Positions 46,578-56,362 of a DNA stretch of 64,000 nt are shown piece after piece (positions within the stretch are counted from its first letter, which is position 1; the number at the start of each line of letters is the position of its first letter). The notes beneath the pieces are model-generated. The model was not told the origin of the DNA, searched no databases, and saw only the letters and a list, made by a program, of their open reading frames with translations. Source of the DNA: a virus. Position numbers and translations under genes: made by a program. Where the stretch lies: the IMG/VR virus record IMGVR_UViG_3300037119_005106, positions 16,500 through 80,499 of that record; one strand, written 5' to 3'.

Positions 46578-47945
46578 ATGTCACACACACCAATGACGGC
46601 TCCGGCTCAAACAAGTAATTTCCCTAAGAAAGAGAAAAATGAAAACCTACAATTAGTTCCTATGGGAATGCACCCAGCTATTATTTATGGCGTAGTAAAT
46701 GTAGGCACACAAGATGGAGAATGGCAAGGGAAAGCCACTTCTTCCAATAAGCTAAAAGTACTTATTGAATTTCCACAACATAGACAATTGTTTTGGAAAG
46801 AAGATACAGTTCCTACTCCATCAGCATTGATTATGGATTTCAATTACAGTGTTTCTAAAAATAAAAAGACTGGAAAGAAAAGCAACTTGTTGATTTTAAT
46901 AGAAAGCTTATACGGGCCACTTCAAGAATCTCAATATTTGAATTTTGACATTTCCCAATTGGCAACCATGAAAGTATTCGCTAACGTTCTTCACTATGTA
47001 AAACTAGATGGAACAACGGGAGCGAAGATTACAAACCTTGCACCATTCAATGCAAACATGGTGGATCCAAACTCTATTCAGTTAACAAACGAAGTACAAA
47101 TCTATTCTGTTCAGATGGGATATGAATGTATGTCTTTTGCAAAACTTTCCTATTTCTACAGAAACTTGATAAAAGATTCTCACGAAGGGAAAGCACATAT
47201 TGCTAAGGGTGGAAGATTCACTAAATTGAATGAAGCTGGAGAAATGATTATCGATGATGGTTCTGATAATTACACAGCAGCGCCTATGGGTAAAATTGTA
47301 ATGCTAGGAGATTTTAGCTATGATCAATTGAAAGGTGCTGGATGGACTGACCAAGCCATGATTGATAATGGTTATGCTAGGAGAGAAGCAGCTGCTCCCG
47401 TTCCTACACCAGCACCACAAATGGCACCAACACCTGTTCCACAAGCACAAGGAGTTCATCCAATAAACTTAACTCCTTCATCGAATCCAGCACATCAACC
47501 ACAAGCACCAATGTCAATTGCACCACAAATGCCTTTAGCAAGTGCTAATCCAACACAGCCAATGTTGACCATGATTGATAAATCAGCTACATACGATGAA
47601 TTTATTAAAATTGGATGGACTGATGCTTTGTTGATTCAACATGGAAAAGCAATATTGATGCCCGCTGCAAATGATGTGTTTCCACCATCAGGAGCAGTAG
47701 CACCACCACCGGTACAAGCGCCACCTGTTCAACAAGTGCCACAAGCACAGCCAATGGCTCAAGCAATTCCTACTCCGCAACCAAGCGCAGCAGCATTGTT
47801 TCAAGGAACACCAGCAGCACCGGTTCAGCAAGTACCTCAAGCGGGTATTCCACAAGCCATACCACCAGCACCAATCAGTTCTTTTGAACAAGCACCTGCT
47901 CCAATGATTGATGATGCAATGCCGGATGATTTACCTTTCGGTTAA
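46578..47945 (+). CDS. Phage ssDNA-binding-like replication protein with Pro/Ala/Gln tail, two GW(T)D micro-domains and C-terminal DDLPF
   Basis: PMGMHPAIIYGVVNVGTQ.EWQG N-domain; SSB-type acidic tip DDLPFG. Confidence 0.65.
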   Translation: MSHTPMTAPAQTSNFPKKEKNENLQLVPMGMHPAIIYGVVNVGTQDGEWQGKATSSNKLKVLIEFPQHRQLFWKEDTVPTPSALIMDFNYSVSKNKKTGKKSNLLILIESLYGPLQESQYLNFDISQLATMKVFANVLHYVKLDGTTGAKITNLAPFNANMVDPNSIQLTNEVQIYSVQMGYECMSFAKLSYFYRNLIKDSHEGKAHIAKGGRFTKLNEAGEMIIDDGSDNYTAAPMGKIVMLGDFSYDQLKGAGWTDQAMIDNGYARREAAAPVPTPAPQMAPTPVPQAQGVHPINLTPSSNPAHQPQAPMSIAPQMPLASANPTQPMLTMIDKSATYDEFIKIGWTDALLIQHGKAILMPAANDVFPPSGAVAPPPVQAPPVQQVPQAQPMAQAIPTPQPSAAALFQGTPAAPVQQVPQAGIPQAIPPAPISSFEQAPAPMIDDAMPDDLPFG

Positions 47946-47948
47946 GCC

Positions 47949-48317
47949 ATGAAAAAGTTAATCCAAACAAGGATGCACAATCCCCCTGTATCAAGGGGGA
48001 ATTGTTTACCAACAGTAATTGCTTGTTTCATGAATTTAGATTCTCCAGAAGATGTTCTGCAAATTCAAGAGAAGTTTAATGAAAAGGATTGGAATGTTCA
48101 GTTGTGGGAATGGTTAAACGGTAAAGGATGGGATTGGACTGTATTAAGAAACCATTTATTTGATAATACTTTTTATTGTGTAACTGGAAAAACCATAAGA
48201 GGAACTACACATATTTGTATTTACAGAAATGGAAAACTATATCACGATCCACATCCATCAGGAGAAGGGCTTATAACTGAAGATAGTTTTGAAGTTTTTG
48301 AGAAAGCAGAATCATGA
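47949..48317 (+). CDS. Papain-fold-like hypothetical protein
   Basis: GNCL..VIAC...THICIY...HDPHP (Cys/His/Asp). Confidence 0.4.
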   Translation: MKKLIQTRMHNPPVSRGNCLPTVIACFMNLDSPEDVLQIQEKFNEKDWNVQLWEWLNGKGWDWTVLRNHLFDNTFYCVTGKTIRGTTHICIYRNGKLYHDPHPSGEGLITEDSFEVFEKAES

Positions 48318-48700
48318 TTAAACTAGTCGTTAAAGACGGTAAGCCTATATTTGAGAATGATGCTTCCATAACTCTATACAATAGGGTTATGGCGGCTTAT
48401 TCCAATACAGGTAAAATATTAGTAATGACTATTGAAGAATGGAGTCCTGATGTAACTGATGCTCAGCATAAATTATTCAAAGCATTATTAGTAAAAGGTT
48501 CAGAAGCTTCGGGTTATACATACAAAGAATTCGAAGATGAACTGATAGACAACTTTGCTCCTTATAAATTCGAGAAAAATATATTTGATACAATCTCGAG
48601 AACAAAGAAAAAAGTTCTAGAAATGAATAACAAAGAATTTAATTTATTTATAGAACAAGCAATACAATTCTGTAATGAGTTCTATGGATTGAACTTTTAA
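48314..48700 (+). CDS. NinB/YbcN-like recombination-associated protein
   Basis: TDAQHKLF...GY....E...EMNNKEFNLFIEQ. Confidence 0.5.
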   Translation: MIKLVVKDGKPIFENDASITLYNRVMAAYSNTGKILVMTIEEWSPDVTDAQHKLFKALLVKGSEASGYTYKEFEDELIDNFAPYKFEKNIFDTISRTKKKVLEMNNKEFNLFIEQAIQFCNEFYGLNF

Positions 48701-48851
48701 ACTATGAGTATTTACATAGGAATATCACAAGCTGCAAGACTCGCAGCTGTATGGTCAAGGAATAGATTAGTGACACAATTATTACTATCAGCATCAATTG
48801 TAGCCTACTCACTATTACTTGTCGAAAGAAATAAGAAAATTAATAAATACT

Positions 48852-50183
48852 ATGAGCGAGATAATCCTAACGGAAAGCCAGAGAATAGCGGACAAGAAAA
48901 TAAAGAAGTTCCTAGAATCTGACCAAATGTTTTTTAGACTTACTGGACCACCTGGTTCAGGAAAGACATTTGTAATCAAACACGCGCTTGAGAAATATTT
49001 AAAGAAAGAAGAGGAAACCGACAAAGTGCAAGTTGTCGGTATCACTCTTTCTCATCAAGCCAAAAATGTATTACACAAAGCTTCCATAAAAAACTGTAGA
49101 ACATTTGCTGCAGCTTATGGATTTAAAGAAACCTATCACGAAGATGGTAGCAGAAGCTTTAAGCCAGCTTCTTATTTTGAAGAAAAACCAGTAGGACATT
49201 TAAACATACCGGTATTTGTCCATGATGAGATTTCACAATACTCTTATGAAATGAAGAAAATTGTGTTTGAAAAGACATCCTTATTCAGCAAGGTTATTCT
49301 AATGGGAGATCCGGCACAATTACCGCCTATTGATTCAAAGATGAAGCCTGACGAAGATAGTCCAATGTTTTTCTTTCCTGTACCTGATTGGTGCGAACAT
49401 GAACTTACCGAAAGAGTAAGACAAAAAGTAGGCAATCCAATATTAGACTTATCGGATATCATTCGTGAGGAAATATTTGGAGAACAGAACTTGGCAAGAG
49501 TAATACAAGAAATACTCAAACCAAAGTTATCTGAAGGAAAAGGATATCTATGCCTTGACAGGAGAGAACTCTTTCAAGAATATGCCAAATCCAACAATTT
49601 TCTAAACGACAAAATAATAGCATTTAGAAAATTCAAGGTTAAAGAATTGAATGAAGAAATTAGAAGAATGGTACATCCAGAATCCCATAATTATTTGAAC
49701 AAAATGGATTTGGTATTTATGAATAACAATTACAAGAACGAAGAATTCAATTACCGATTGATGAACTCCGACCAGTATATTATTCAGGATGTAAAAGTGG
49801 CTATGCAATGGCCACCTGGTTCCGATGTTGGTATCGAATGTTACCTTGGTCAAATACAAACCAATGCATACAAATCCTATATCATCACACCAACGGAAAA
49901 GGGATTGATTGAATACAACAAGACATTGAATAGGCTAAAAGCTTTTGCAAATCAGAATAGAGCCTTATGGCCAACCGTTCATGCTTTCATGGATTCGTTT
50001 TGTGACTTTACTATGGGATATGCAATAAACGCATACAAGTGCCAAGGAAGCACTTACGCTAACGTGTATATTGATTTGTTGGATATTCTAGAAACAGGGC
50101 CACTTACTCCAAAGAGAAAATTACAAACCATATTTACGGCTCTTACAAGAGCGACGGACGTATGTTATTTTATAAAACCATAA
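48852..50183 (+). CDS. SF1B Dda/RecD-like DNA helicase
   Basis: GPPGSGKT, DEISQ, MGDPAQLPP, RVRQ, YAINAYKCQGST and TALTRA; likely start MSEIILT. Confidence 0.9.
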   Translation: MSEIILTESQRIADKKIKKFLESDQMFFRLTGPPGSGKTFVIKHALEKYLKKEEETDKVQVVGITLSHQAKNVLHKASIKNCRTFAAAYGFKETYHEDGSRSFKPASYFEEKPVGHLNIPVFVHDEISQYSYEMKKIVFEKTSLFSKVILMGDPAQLPPIDSKMKPDEDSPMFFFPVPDWCEHELTERVRQKVGNPILDLSDIIREEIFGEQNLARVIQEILKPKLSEGKGYLCLDRRELFQEYAKSNNFLNDKIIAFRKFKVKELNEEIRRMVHPESHNYLNKMDLVFMNNNYKNEEFNYRLMNSDQYIIQDVKVAMQWPPGSDVGIECYLGQIQTNAYKSYIITPTEKGLIEYNKTLNRLKAFANQNRALWPTVHAFMDSFCDFTMGYAINAYKCQGSTYANVYIDLLDILETGPLTPKRKLQTIFTALTRATDVCYFIKP

Positions 50184-50185
50184 TT

Positions 50186-51016
50186 ATGGAAAATCAAATG
50201 TTCGCTCCCAAACAAGCGTTTACACAACAACCAAAGAAACATTTTGATAAAGTAGCTTTAATTGATGCTGATAAAATGAAACATTTGGTCGCTTACGATG
50301 TTTCGTGCGATTTAAAGAACAATATGCCAAGAACTCCTGATAGACTAGCTATGTTTATAGAAGAACGCTTGGCGGGGATATTTAATAGCTTTTCGGCTAG
50401 AGGATATATCTTTTGCTTTTCTGGAAAATCATCCAATACATTTCGTTATTCAGTTGCCGTTGAGAAAGAATACAAAGGTACAAGAAAAGATGATCCTAGT
50501 TTTTATGAAGGAAAGATTGAGGATATGGCAGAAGTAGTTAGGGTAGTAATGAATTCTCATCCTACTCTAATCTATAGCGACTTGGAAGCAGACGATATCG
50601 TTTGCTTTTTACAAACTCCTGATACCTTTGTCTATTCCAATGATAAGGATTTGAATCAGATACCTGGTTGGCATTTTGATTTTATCAAAAAGGATTTATT
50701 CGAGGTATCAGAAGAAGAAGCTTTTAGGAATTTATGCAAGCAACTTCTTTTGGGAGATACAACGGATTGCATTCCCGGATTAAAAGGATGGGGACCAAAG
50801 AAAACAGAAACCTTTATGGAAAAGGTTGGTACCAAGCAATTGATAAATAAAATATTGATTGAGTACCAAACAGCTATGGGACTTACCAAAGGAACAGATG
50901 CTTTTGTAGAGTCATGGAACTTGGTAAAATTAAGACCTAATCGCGGTACATACTTCATCAAGAAATATGAATCAGCATTCAATCTATTAAACATCATTTT
51001 AACTAATTCGAAATAA
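50186..51016 (+). CDS. 5'-3' exonuclease/flap endonuclease
   Basis: LIDAD, YKGTR, LEADD, DKDLNQIPG and GDTTDCIPGLKGWGPK. Confidence 0.9.
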   Translation: MENQMFAPKQAFTQQPKKHFDKVALIDADKMKHLVAYDVSCDLKNNMPRTPDRLAMFIEERLAGIFNSFSARGYIFCFSGKSSNTFRYSVAVEKEYKGTRKDDPSFYEGKIEDMAEVVRVVMNSHPTLIYSDLEADDIVCFLQTPDTFVYSNDKDLNQIPGWHFDFIKKDLFEVSEEEAFRNLCKQLLLGDTTDCIPGLKGWGPKKTETFMEKVGTKQLINKILIEYQTAMGLTKGTDAFVESWNLVKLRPNRGTYFIKKYESAFNLLNIILTNSK

Positions 51017-51018
51017 CC

Positions 51019-51216
51019 TTGGAAGAGAAAGCTTGTAAAAAATGTAACGCAGTAAAGCCATTAACAGAGTTTAATGATACAGTCATACTAACAAAAAGAA
51101 GTGATTGTAAGACTTGTCAAAGCGCATATACAACAGCTTATTATTTTGCTAATAAGCAACGCATTCGCAATAATGCAAAACTTAGAAGAAACAGAGCTAA
51201 AAATTTTAAAAAATAA
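51019..51216 (+). CDS. Small Zn-finger protein
   Basis: CKKC...KPLTEF...CKTC. Confidence 0.55.
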   Translation: MEEKACKKCNAVKPLTEFNDTVILTKRSDCKTCQSAYTTAYYFANKQRIRNNAKLRRNRAKNFKK

Positions 51217-52589
51217 TGAAAAATTCAGAAGAAAAATTAGGAGGTTATACTGCTACTGAATGGATTGATATGATTGAAGATGGAGTAGTAGCCGAAATAT
51301 CAAATGAAGTATCAGCTTTTATAGCACCACTTGTAAACAATAAATTAAACCAAATGGAAAACAAATTAATGCCACCGCCACCACCATCAAATGAATTGGT
51401 AATCTTCTCACAAGAGCAATTGAATATTTTGCCACAAGAAGCAAAGGATAGTGTTATCTCTTTGGAGAAAAATCTTCCTCAAAAAGAACTATTGATTTTA
51501 AATCCTTTGGTTTCGGAATTACTAAAAGTAAAGGAATTGGCAAAATTAAAATACGAGCCACTTCCTGAAGAACCAACCAAAGAAGATATTGAAAAACATA
51601 ATATCAATATCCAAGAATTCAAAGATGCTAAAAAATCCATAACAGCTTTGAAACAACAAAATGAAAGCGCCAAAACAGCTATCAAGAAACCTCTTGATAC
51701 TTTAGGCAAGCAAGTATTAACTTTTGAGAAATCAGTTAATACAATAGCTGTAGATGTGCTTACCACTTTGGAAAAAACTTTCAAGATTTGGATTGATGCC
51801 GAAGCTGCTAAAGCTAAAGCAAAAGCGGATGCAAAAACAGAAAAAGCAAACGCAGCAATAAATGCTTTAAGCGAACAGAACCAAGCACAGGCTAATACAT
51901 TCAAGAAAAGCACATTGATTACCTTCTTGAAATATGAAATGCTTGGGCCATTAAAATTAGAAGTAAATGGAGCAATTGAAAACTATTCATTAGACAAATT
52001 ATTTGTACTTCGTGATGGACTAGTTTTAAGAACCTTTGAAAGCTTTACTGCAGAAAAGGAATTGAACTTATTAGATGATGAAGAATTGACAAATATCAAG
52101 AAGTTCTTCAGTGATGAAATTGATTTATTCAGAAAATCTATCAACACAAAGATTGAAGCTTTAGAATTGGCTAAGACAAATGAAAAGTTGGTTGATACAG
52201 TAGAAACTCAAGCAGAACAATTATCTACTCCACCACCGCCACCACCACTAGGAACTTCTCCAATTGCCAATACAAATGTATTTGAGCAAATCAATGACAA
52301 GTCAGGAGTTCCATACGGACAAGGAGCAAATCAAAACACTGTTCCGGTGGATATCTTTCCAAAGAATCCAAACGATGTGGATTTCTTAGATTTGGTTATT
52401 GATCAGATTAATTCTTGTCGCGATAATGTGAAATACATTCGTGATAGATTTGTAACCACAACCGAGATAGTAAAATCAGAAGATGATTTGGTAAATATCA
52501 CAAGAGTGGGTGGCTCACTTCATTTATTAGACAAAACAATTGCCTACATTCTTGGTCAATTACCACCAAAGGACGGAACCACTAAATAA
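51216..52589 (+). CDS. Coiled-coil protein with polyproline tracts (DUF1351-like core)
   Basis: KKSITALK...AIKKPLD pattern; two PPPPP runs. Confidence 0.5.
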   Translation: MKNSEEKLGGYTATEWIDMIEDGVVAEISNEVSAFIAPLVNNKLNQMENKLMPPPPPSNELVIFSQEQLNILPQEAKDSVISLEKNLPQKELLILNPLVSELLKVKELAKLKYEPLPEEPTKEDIEKHNINIQEFKDAKKSITALKQQNESAKTAIKKPLDTLGKQVLTFEKSVNTIAVDVLTTLEKTFKIWIDAEAAKAKAKADAKTEKANAAINALSEQNQAQANTFKKSTLITFLKYEMLGPLKLEVNGAIENYSLDKLFVLRDGLVLRTFESFTAEKELNLLDDEELTNIKKFFSDEIDLFRKSINTKIEALELAKTNEKLVDTVETQAEQLSTPPPPPPLGTSPIANTNVFEQINDKSGVPYGQGANQNTVPVDIFPKNPNDVDFLDLVIDQINSCRDNVKYIRDRFVTTTEIVKSEDDLVNITRVGGSLHLLDKTIAYILGQLPPKDGTTK

Positions 52590-52597
52590 CTTTAAAT

Positions 52598-53257
52598 ATG
52601 AAAAAAGTATTAATTATGTTTCCAGCATTGGAAAAAGGAATCATCAAAACCAAATCAGAAGCATCAGAACCTTATAACTACGTGTCCATTATCAACGGGC
52701 ACGCAGTTGTAGTTACTCCTTATTCAAGCATTTTCATAGACCTTAATGATTACTTCATTAACTATATGACAATCGTGGACGATCATAGAGAGGGATTTGA
52801 TGAACTGATGAAATGGATGGAAGGGAAACACTTCACTTCCGAGTTTTGGAGTTATCTTACCCATTGGAATACTATCTATGTAGTAAACGAAAAGAGTATT
52901 AAAATTAGTGGAGATAATTTCGAAAAGGAATTGCATTACACCCACGATGATGAAGTTGATATCAAGAATGTTTTGAATATGTTAGTAAACAATTTCAAAG
53001 CCGGAAAGAATCAATTAGCATCTATCGGGGTATCCAATTACACTTTGAAGATTATCGACAAAACTATTGGTAAAATCATTCAGAAGAATCCTTTGATATT
53101 TGAATTCATATCATTGAATGCTACCATTCGTTTTACCGTTGATAGTATGCCTTGTGTTTTTGGAATAATCCTATCCAGCAATGCGCTTACTACCAAACAA
53201 TTTTTGTTTGATGGATTCAAGAATTTTGCTATGAAAGCCGAACTAAAATTATTGTAA
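52598..53257 (+). CDS. Hypothetical replication-module protein
   Basis: Alpha/beta ORF, no motif recognised. Confidence 0.55.
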   Translation: MKKVLIMFPALEKGIIKTKSEASEPYNYVSIINGHAVVVTPYSSIFIDLNDYFINYMTIVDDHREGFDELMKWMEGKHFTSEFWSYLTHWNTIYVVNEKSIKISGDNFEKELHYTHDDEVDIKNVLNMLVNNFKAGKNQLASIGVSNYTLKIIDKTIGKIIQKNPLIFEFISLNATIRFTVDSMPCVFGIILSSNALTTKQFLFDGFKNFAMKAELKLL

Positions 53258-53258
53258 A

Positions 53259-53549
53259 ATGGAAACAGGTGTAGAAATAATCGCCAAAGAGCGAAAAAGA
53301 CAAATTGAAGAATTGGGTTATGATTATACTCACGATCATTTGTATGCTAATGAACAACTTGCAAAGGCTGCATCAGTATATGCTTTACCTGAGAAGTTAA
53401 GACACTTATCTTTCTTTTCATTCGCAAGTATTTGGCCTTGGGATTTGCGTTATTGGAAACCAACTCCACAAGACAGAGTTCGTGAACTTGCTAAAGCTGG
53501 TGCTTTGATAGCTGCTCAAATTGATTATGAACTAGCAAAAGAAAAATAA
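53259..53549 (+). CDS. Conserved phage helical protein (ER.RQI...HD...WPW...WKP family)
   Basis: IAKERKRQIE...HD...WPWDLRYWKPT...RELAKAGALIAAQID. Confidence 0.7.
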   Translation: METGVEIIAKERKRQIEELGYDYTHDHLYANEQLAKAASVYALPEKLRHLSFFSFASIWPWDLRYWKPTPQDRVRELAKAGALIAAQIDYELAKEK

Positions 53550-54217
53550 TGGCAACAGAACAGAATCAATTAGAAACCTATTTTGAGTGGTACATCAACG
53601 AACTCAAAGAAGCTGGCTACATTAAGTTAGTAAAGCGAGAAGCTTTTTCTATATTGGTAAGTGATGCTGTAGAACGTACTCGTTACGACTTCTCAGTAAA
53701 AACACCAAGGATAGAGAACTACAAACTATTCCAAAAGAATACCTATCTCTATGATTGGGTAATCATCTGGGAGAAGCACGCTCACGAGATATTTTATAAT
53801 CTGCTTGATGATAATCCACTTAGGATTTTTTGTCCATTCTACGCAGTTATTGATAGCCAAGGAGAGCATATTTCTTTCGTGGATGTAAAACCACCATCAG
53901 GCGCTATGCAGTTCGGAAATAATACTTCTGCTTACACCTTTCCAATCATTCAAAAGATTATTTACACCGTATATGGAATTTATGTAAACAAAGCTATTCC
54001 AATTCCACTTATGGCAAAAGGAGTAGTGAAGTCAGGAAACAAACAAGCTTTATTCCTAACAACATTTGTTCCTAAGCGATATCTACTTACTGATGGTGGA
54101 ATGCAAGGAAGGGATATCAAGTTCCGTAAGCAATCGCTTAAGGAATATGTAGCCTACAAGCTAAAAGAAATAACCCGAATAAATACTTTATTCAACAAAC
54201 AAACAGAATTGCTATAA
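53549..54217 (+). CDS. Putative PD-(D/E)XK nuclease
   Basis: E..F...L..AG, Y.YDW and FVDVKP. Confidence 0.55.
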   Translation: MATEQNQLETYFEWYINELKEAGYIKLVKREAFSILVSDAVERTRYDFSVKTPRIENYKLFQKNTYLYDWVIIWEKHAHEIFYNLLDDNPLRIFCPFYAVIDSQGEHISFVDVKPPSGAMQFGNNTSAYTFPIIQKIIYTVYGIYVNKAIPIPLMAKGVVKSGNKQALFLTTFVPKRYLLTDGGMQGRDIKFRKQSLKEYVAYKLKEITRINTLFNKQTELL

Positions 54218-54714
54218 TGAAAAATGAAGATATAATTAAAACGCTAAACTACTTTCAATCCAATGCTTTCAAAACATACAAATCGCTTGGGTTCGGTGCC
54301 GATAATGCCAATATCATTTTTGGTATTATCATTGAAATGAGAAACCTGGTTACTGCTGCCGAAGCTGAGGACACAATCCTATTACATAAATATATGGGAG
54401 AGTGCGCTAACTACATAGCCAATTACGCTGTTGTTCACAGCTTGAAGCTTTCAGAAGTACTTACCAAGAAATCACATTCTGAAATGGCAGAAGCTACCGA
54501 CTTGGTAGATCTAGAATATTATCTTGAAAAGATAAAGGATGATTTAGGATTTGTCAAAGACATGCAAGAGAATGAAAAAATAGAATTCATTCAAAAATGC
54601 TGGATTTGCACATTCCCTGAAGAGTATCACGATGATTTTATAAAAACGGATAGAATCCTAAGAGCCAACATCGAGGACAACAAAGTAAAATATCCTCAAG
54701 CATTCACAAAATAA
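54217..54714 (+). CDS. Divergent MazG-like NTP pyrophosphatase-fold protein
   Basis: FQSNAFKT...GIIIE...MGE..NY.A...ANIE.NKVKYP..F. Confidence 0.5.
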   Translation: MKNEDIIKTLNYFQSNAFKTYKSLGFGADNANIIFGIIIEMRNLVTAAEAEDTILLHKYMGECANYIANYAVVHSLKLSEVLTKKSHSEMAEATDLVDLEYYLEKIKDDLGFVKDMQENEKIEFIQKCWICTFPEEYHDDFIKTDRILRANIEDNKVKYPQAFTK

Positions 54715-54746
54715 TAAACAATCAATAATCAATAAAAACAATCATT

Positions 54747-55889
54747 ATGAAATTTTTCGAAACATTAGTACAAACAGGAATTAAAGATGTAGTATTTCAA
54801 GTAAAACAAGATGACAAAGGTTTATTAACCGTCTTTATTACTCCTAAATCAATAGCCAATGATTCTGCTTTAAAAGAGTTAAAACCAATCATTCTATCAG
54901 GAACAGTTGAAGATATGGATGAAGGATTCTTTGAAGCAATATCTCCAGCTCTTGAGCAAGCACAAAAACTATTCTCTAATGTGGTGGACTTCGAAGCACA
55001 ATTAGCTGAAATCGCTAAAGCTACTGCCGATAAGAAGAAAACCAAAGCACCTGTAAAAGCTGAGAAGTCAGAAGATGATGGAGAGGAAAAGGATGAAGAA
55101 GAAACTGCTGCAAAAGAGAAAGTTGTAAAAGTAAACAACGAGAAAGTATTCAAAGACTTTATCACTTCTATCAAAGCGAAGCCAGAACCATTAACCAACC
55201 ACACAGAAAAAATAGAAGAACTGTATGCTTTGCTTACGGATGTTGAGAAAGAGAAAGCACCTATCAAGAAAATAAGAACGGAGTTTGATGCAGCGGTTAA
55301 GAAAGCAAATGATATTGCTAAAGCTAAAGCACAATTTGCACCAAAAGCTGAAACAGAATCAGTTTCAGTAGGAGAAGAAACAGTTATCATAGATATTCCA
55401 GCTACTCCAATTCCAGAGGAAGAAATCCCAAACGTGGAAAATGTTGGAGCCGTAGAGGAAGTTGTCGTTGAGGAAGAAGAAGTTGCTGAATTGGTTACTG
55501 CAATGGTAGAAGATTTTCCAATAGAAGAAGTTGAGGAAGTAGTTGAAGAAACATCATTCACTTCTAAAGAAGATTTCTTGAAAAAGAATAATCCAGTTGA
55601 GGATATACCAGTAGTTGCTGAAACACTTCCATCGATGCCTTCTGCTCCAACACCACCAGCACCATCAATTCCTGTTCCGGCACCAGCTCCAGTATTCGAA
55701 GAAGTGGATGTATTGGTTATGATTAATCAAGACTTCTCTAAAGAAGATTTCCTTGCTGCTGGATGGGATGAGGATAAATTGGTTCAAGCCGGTCACGCCA
55801 AATGGGAAAAACAAATGGTTGAGGTAGCCAAACCAAAACTATCTTATGCTTTTCCAAAACCTTTTGATGCGGAAGAAACAGAAGCATAA
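54747..55889 (+). CDS. PRTRC system protein E with long acidic extension
   Basis: MKFFETL...LTVFITPK...LKPIILSGTVEDMDEGFFEAISPAL...LFSNVVDFE. Confidence 0.85.
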   Translation: MKFFETLVQTGIKDVVFQVKQDDKGLLTVFITPKSIANDSALKELKPIILSGTVEDMDEGFFEAISPALEQAQKLFSNVVDFEAQLAEIAKATADKKKTKAPVKAEKSEDDGEEKDEEETAAKEKVVKVNNEKVFKDFITSIKAKPEPLTNHTEKIEELYALLTDVEKEKAPIKKIRTEFDAAVKKANDIAKAKAQFAPKAETESVSVGEETVIIDIPATPIPEEEIPNVENVGAVEEVVVEEEEVAELVTAMVEDFPIEEVEEVVEETSFTSKEDFLKKNNPVEDIPVVAETLPSMPSAPTPPAPSIPVPAPAPVFEEVDVLVMINQDFSKEDFLAAGWDEDKLVQAGHAKWEKQMVEVAKPKLSYAFPKPFDAEETEA

Positions 55890-55901
55890 TAAATAATCCT
55901 T

Positions 55902-55932
55902 GAACCTCTCTTAATCGGGAGGTTCTTTTTTT
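55902..55932 (+). terminator. Intrinsic terminator between PRTRC E and C
   Basis: GAACCTCTC-TTAATC-GGGAGGTTC followed by a U-tract. Confidence 0.8.
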
Positions 55933-55956
55933 CATTAATCAATAATATCAAGAATC

Positions 55957-56178
55957 ATGGCTTTAGCAAAACAAGAATTAAAAAGAAAGTTCACAGTAAA
56001 AGTAGGAAGCAATTCAGTAACGCTTGAGGATCCAAATCCTAATTTCTCAGCGCAAGAAGTAATGGAAATGTATTCCACACAATATCCACAATTAGTCAAT
56101 GCAAACATAGAAAGCAAAGGAATTGTGGAAGATTGTATTTTGTTCAATTTCGCAACCGTTGCCGGAACTAAAGGATAG
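55957..56178 (+). CDS. PRTRC protein C, prokaryotic ubiquitin-like modifier
   Basis: L.R.F...L.DPNPNFSAQEV..MYS..YPQL.NA...F.TVAGTKG with C-terminal Gly. Confidence 0.9.
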   Translation: MALAKQELKRKFTVKVGSNSVTLEDPNPNFSAQEVMEMYSTQYPQLVNANIESKGIVEDCILFNFATVAGTKG

Positions 56179-56182
56179 TATC

Positions 56183-56362
56183 ATGAACGCTATTCAATTT
56201 TTAAAATTTCTAAAAGAGCAGCCTAAACCAAAGGCTGCTACTTTGGATACTAATTTTGGAGGATTATGGGACAAGATAAAAAGACAGCAAGAAACCGAAT
56301 ATCAAAACGGAACACAACAAGTTCAAATGCTGTTAAGCAAAGAAAAAATATTTTTCAGTTAG
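56183..56362 (+). CDS. Small PRTRC-linked hypothetical protein
   Basis: MNAIQFLKFL..., start 4 nt after the Ubl stop. Confidence 0.45.
   Translation: MNAIQFLKFLKEQPKPKAATLDTNFGGLWDKIKRQQETEYQNGTQQVQMLLSKEKIFFS

Noticed and set aside
54797-55561. 254-aa minus-strand ORF and similar antisense ORFs in the track
   Set aside because: Ser/Phe-rich shadows of Glu/Lys-rich genes on the coding strand.
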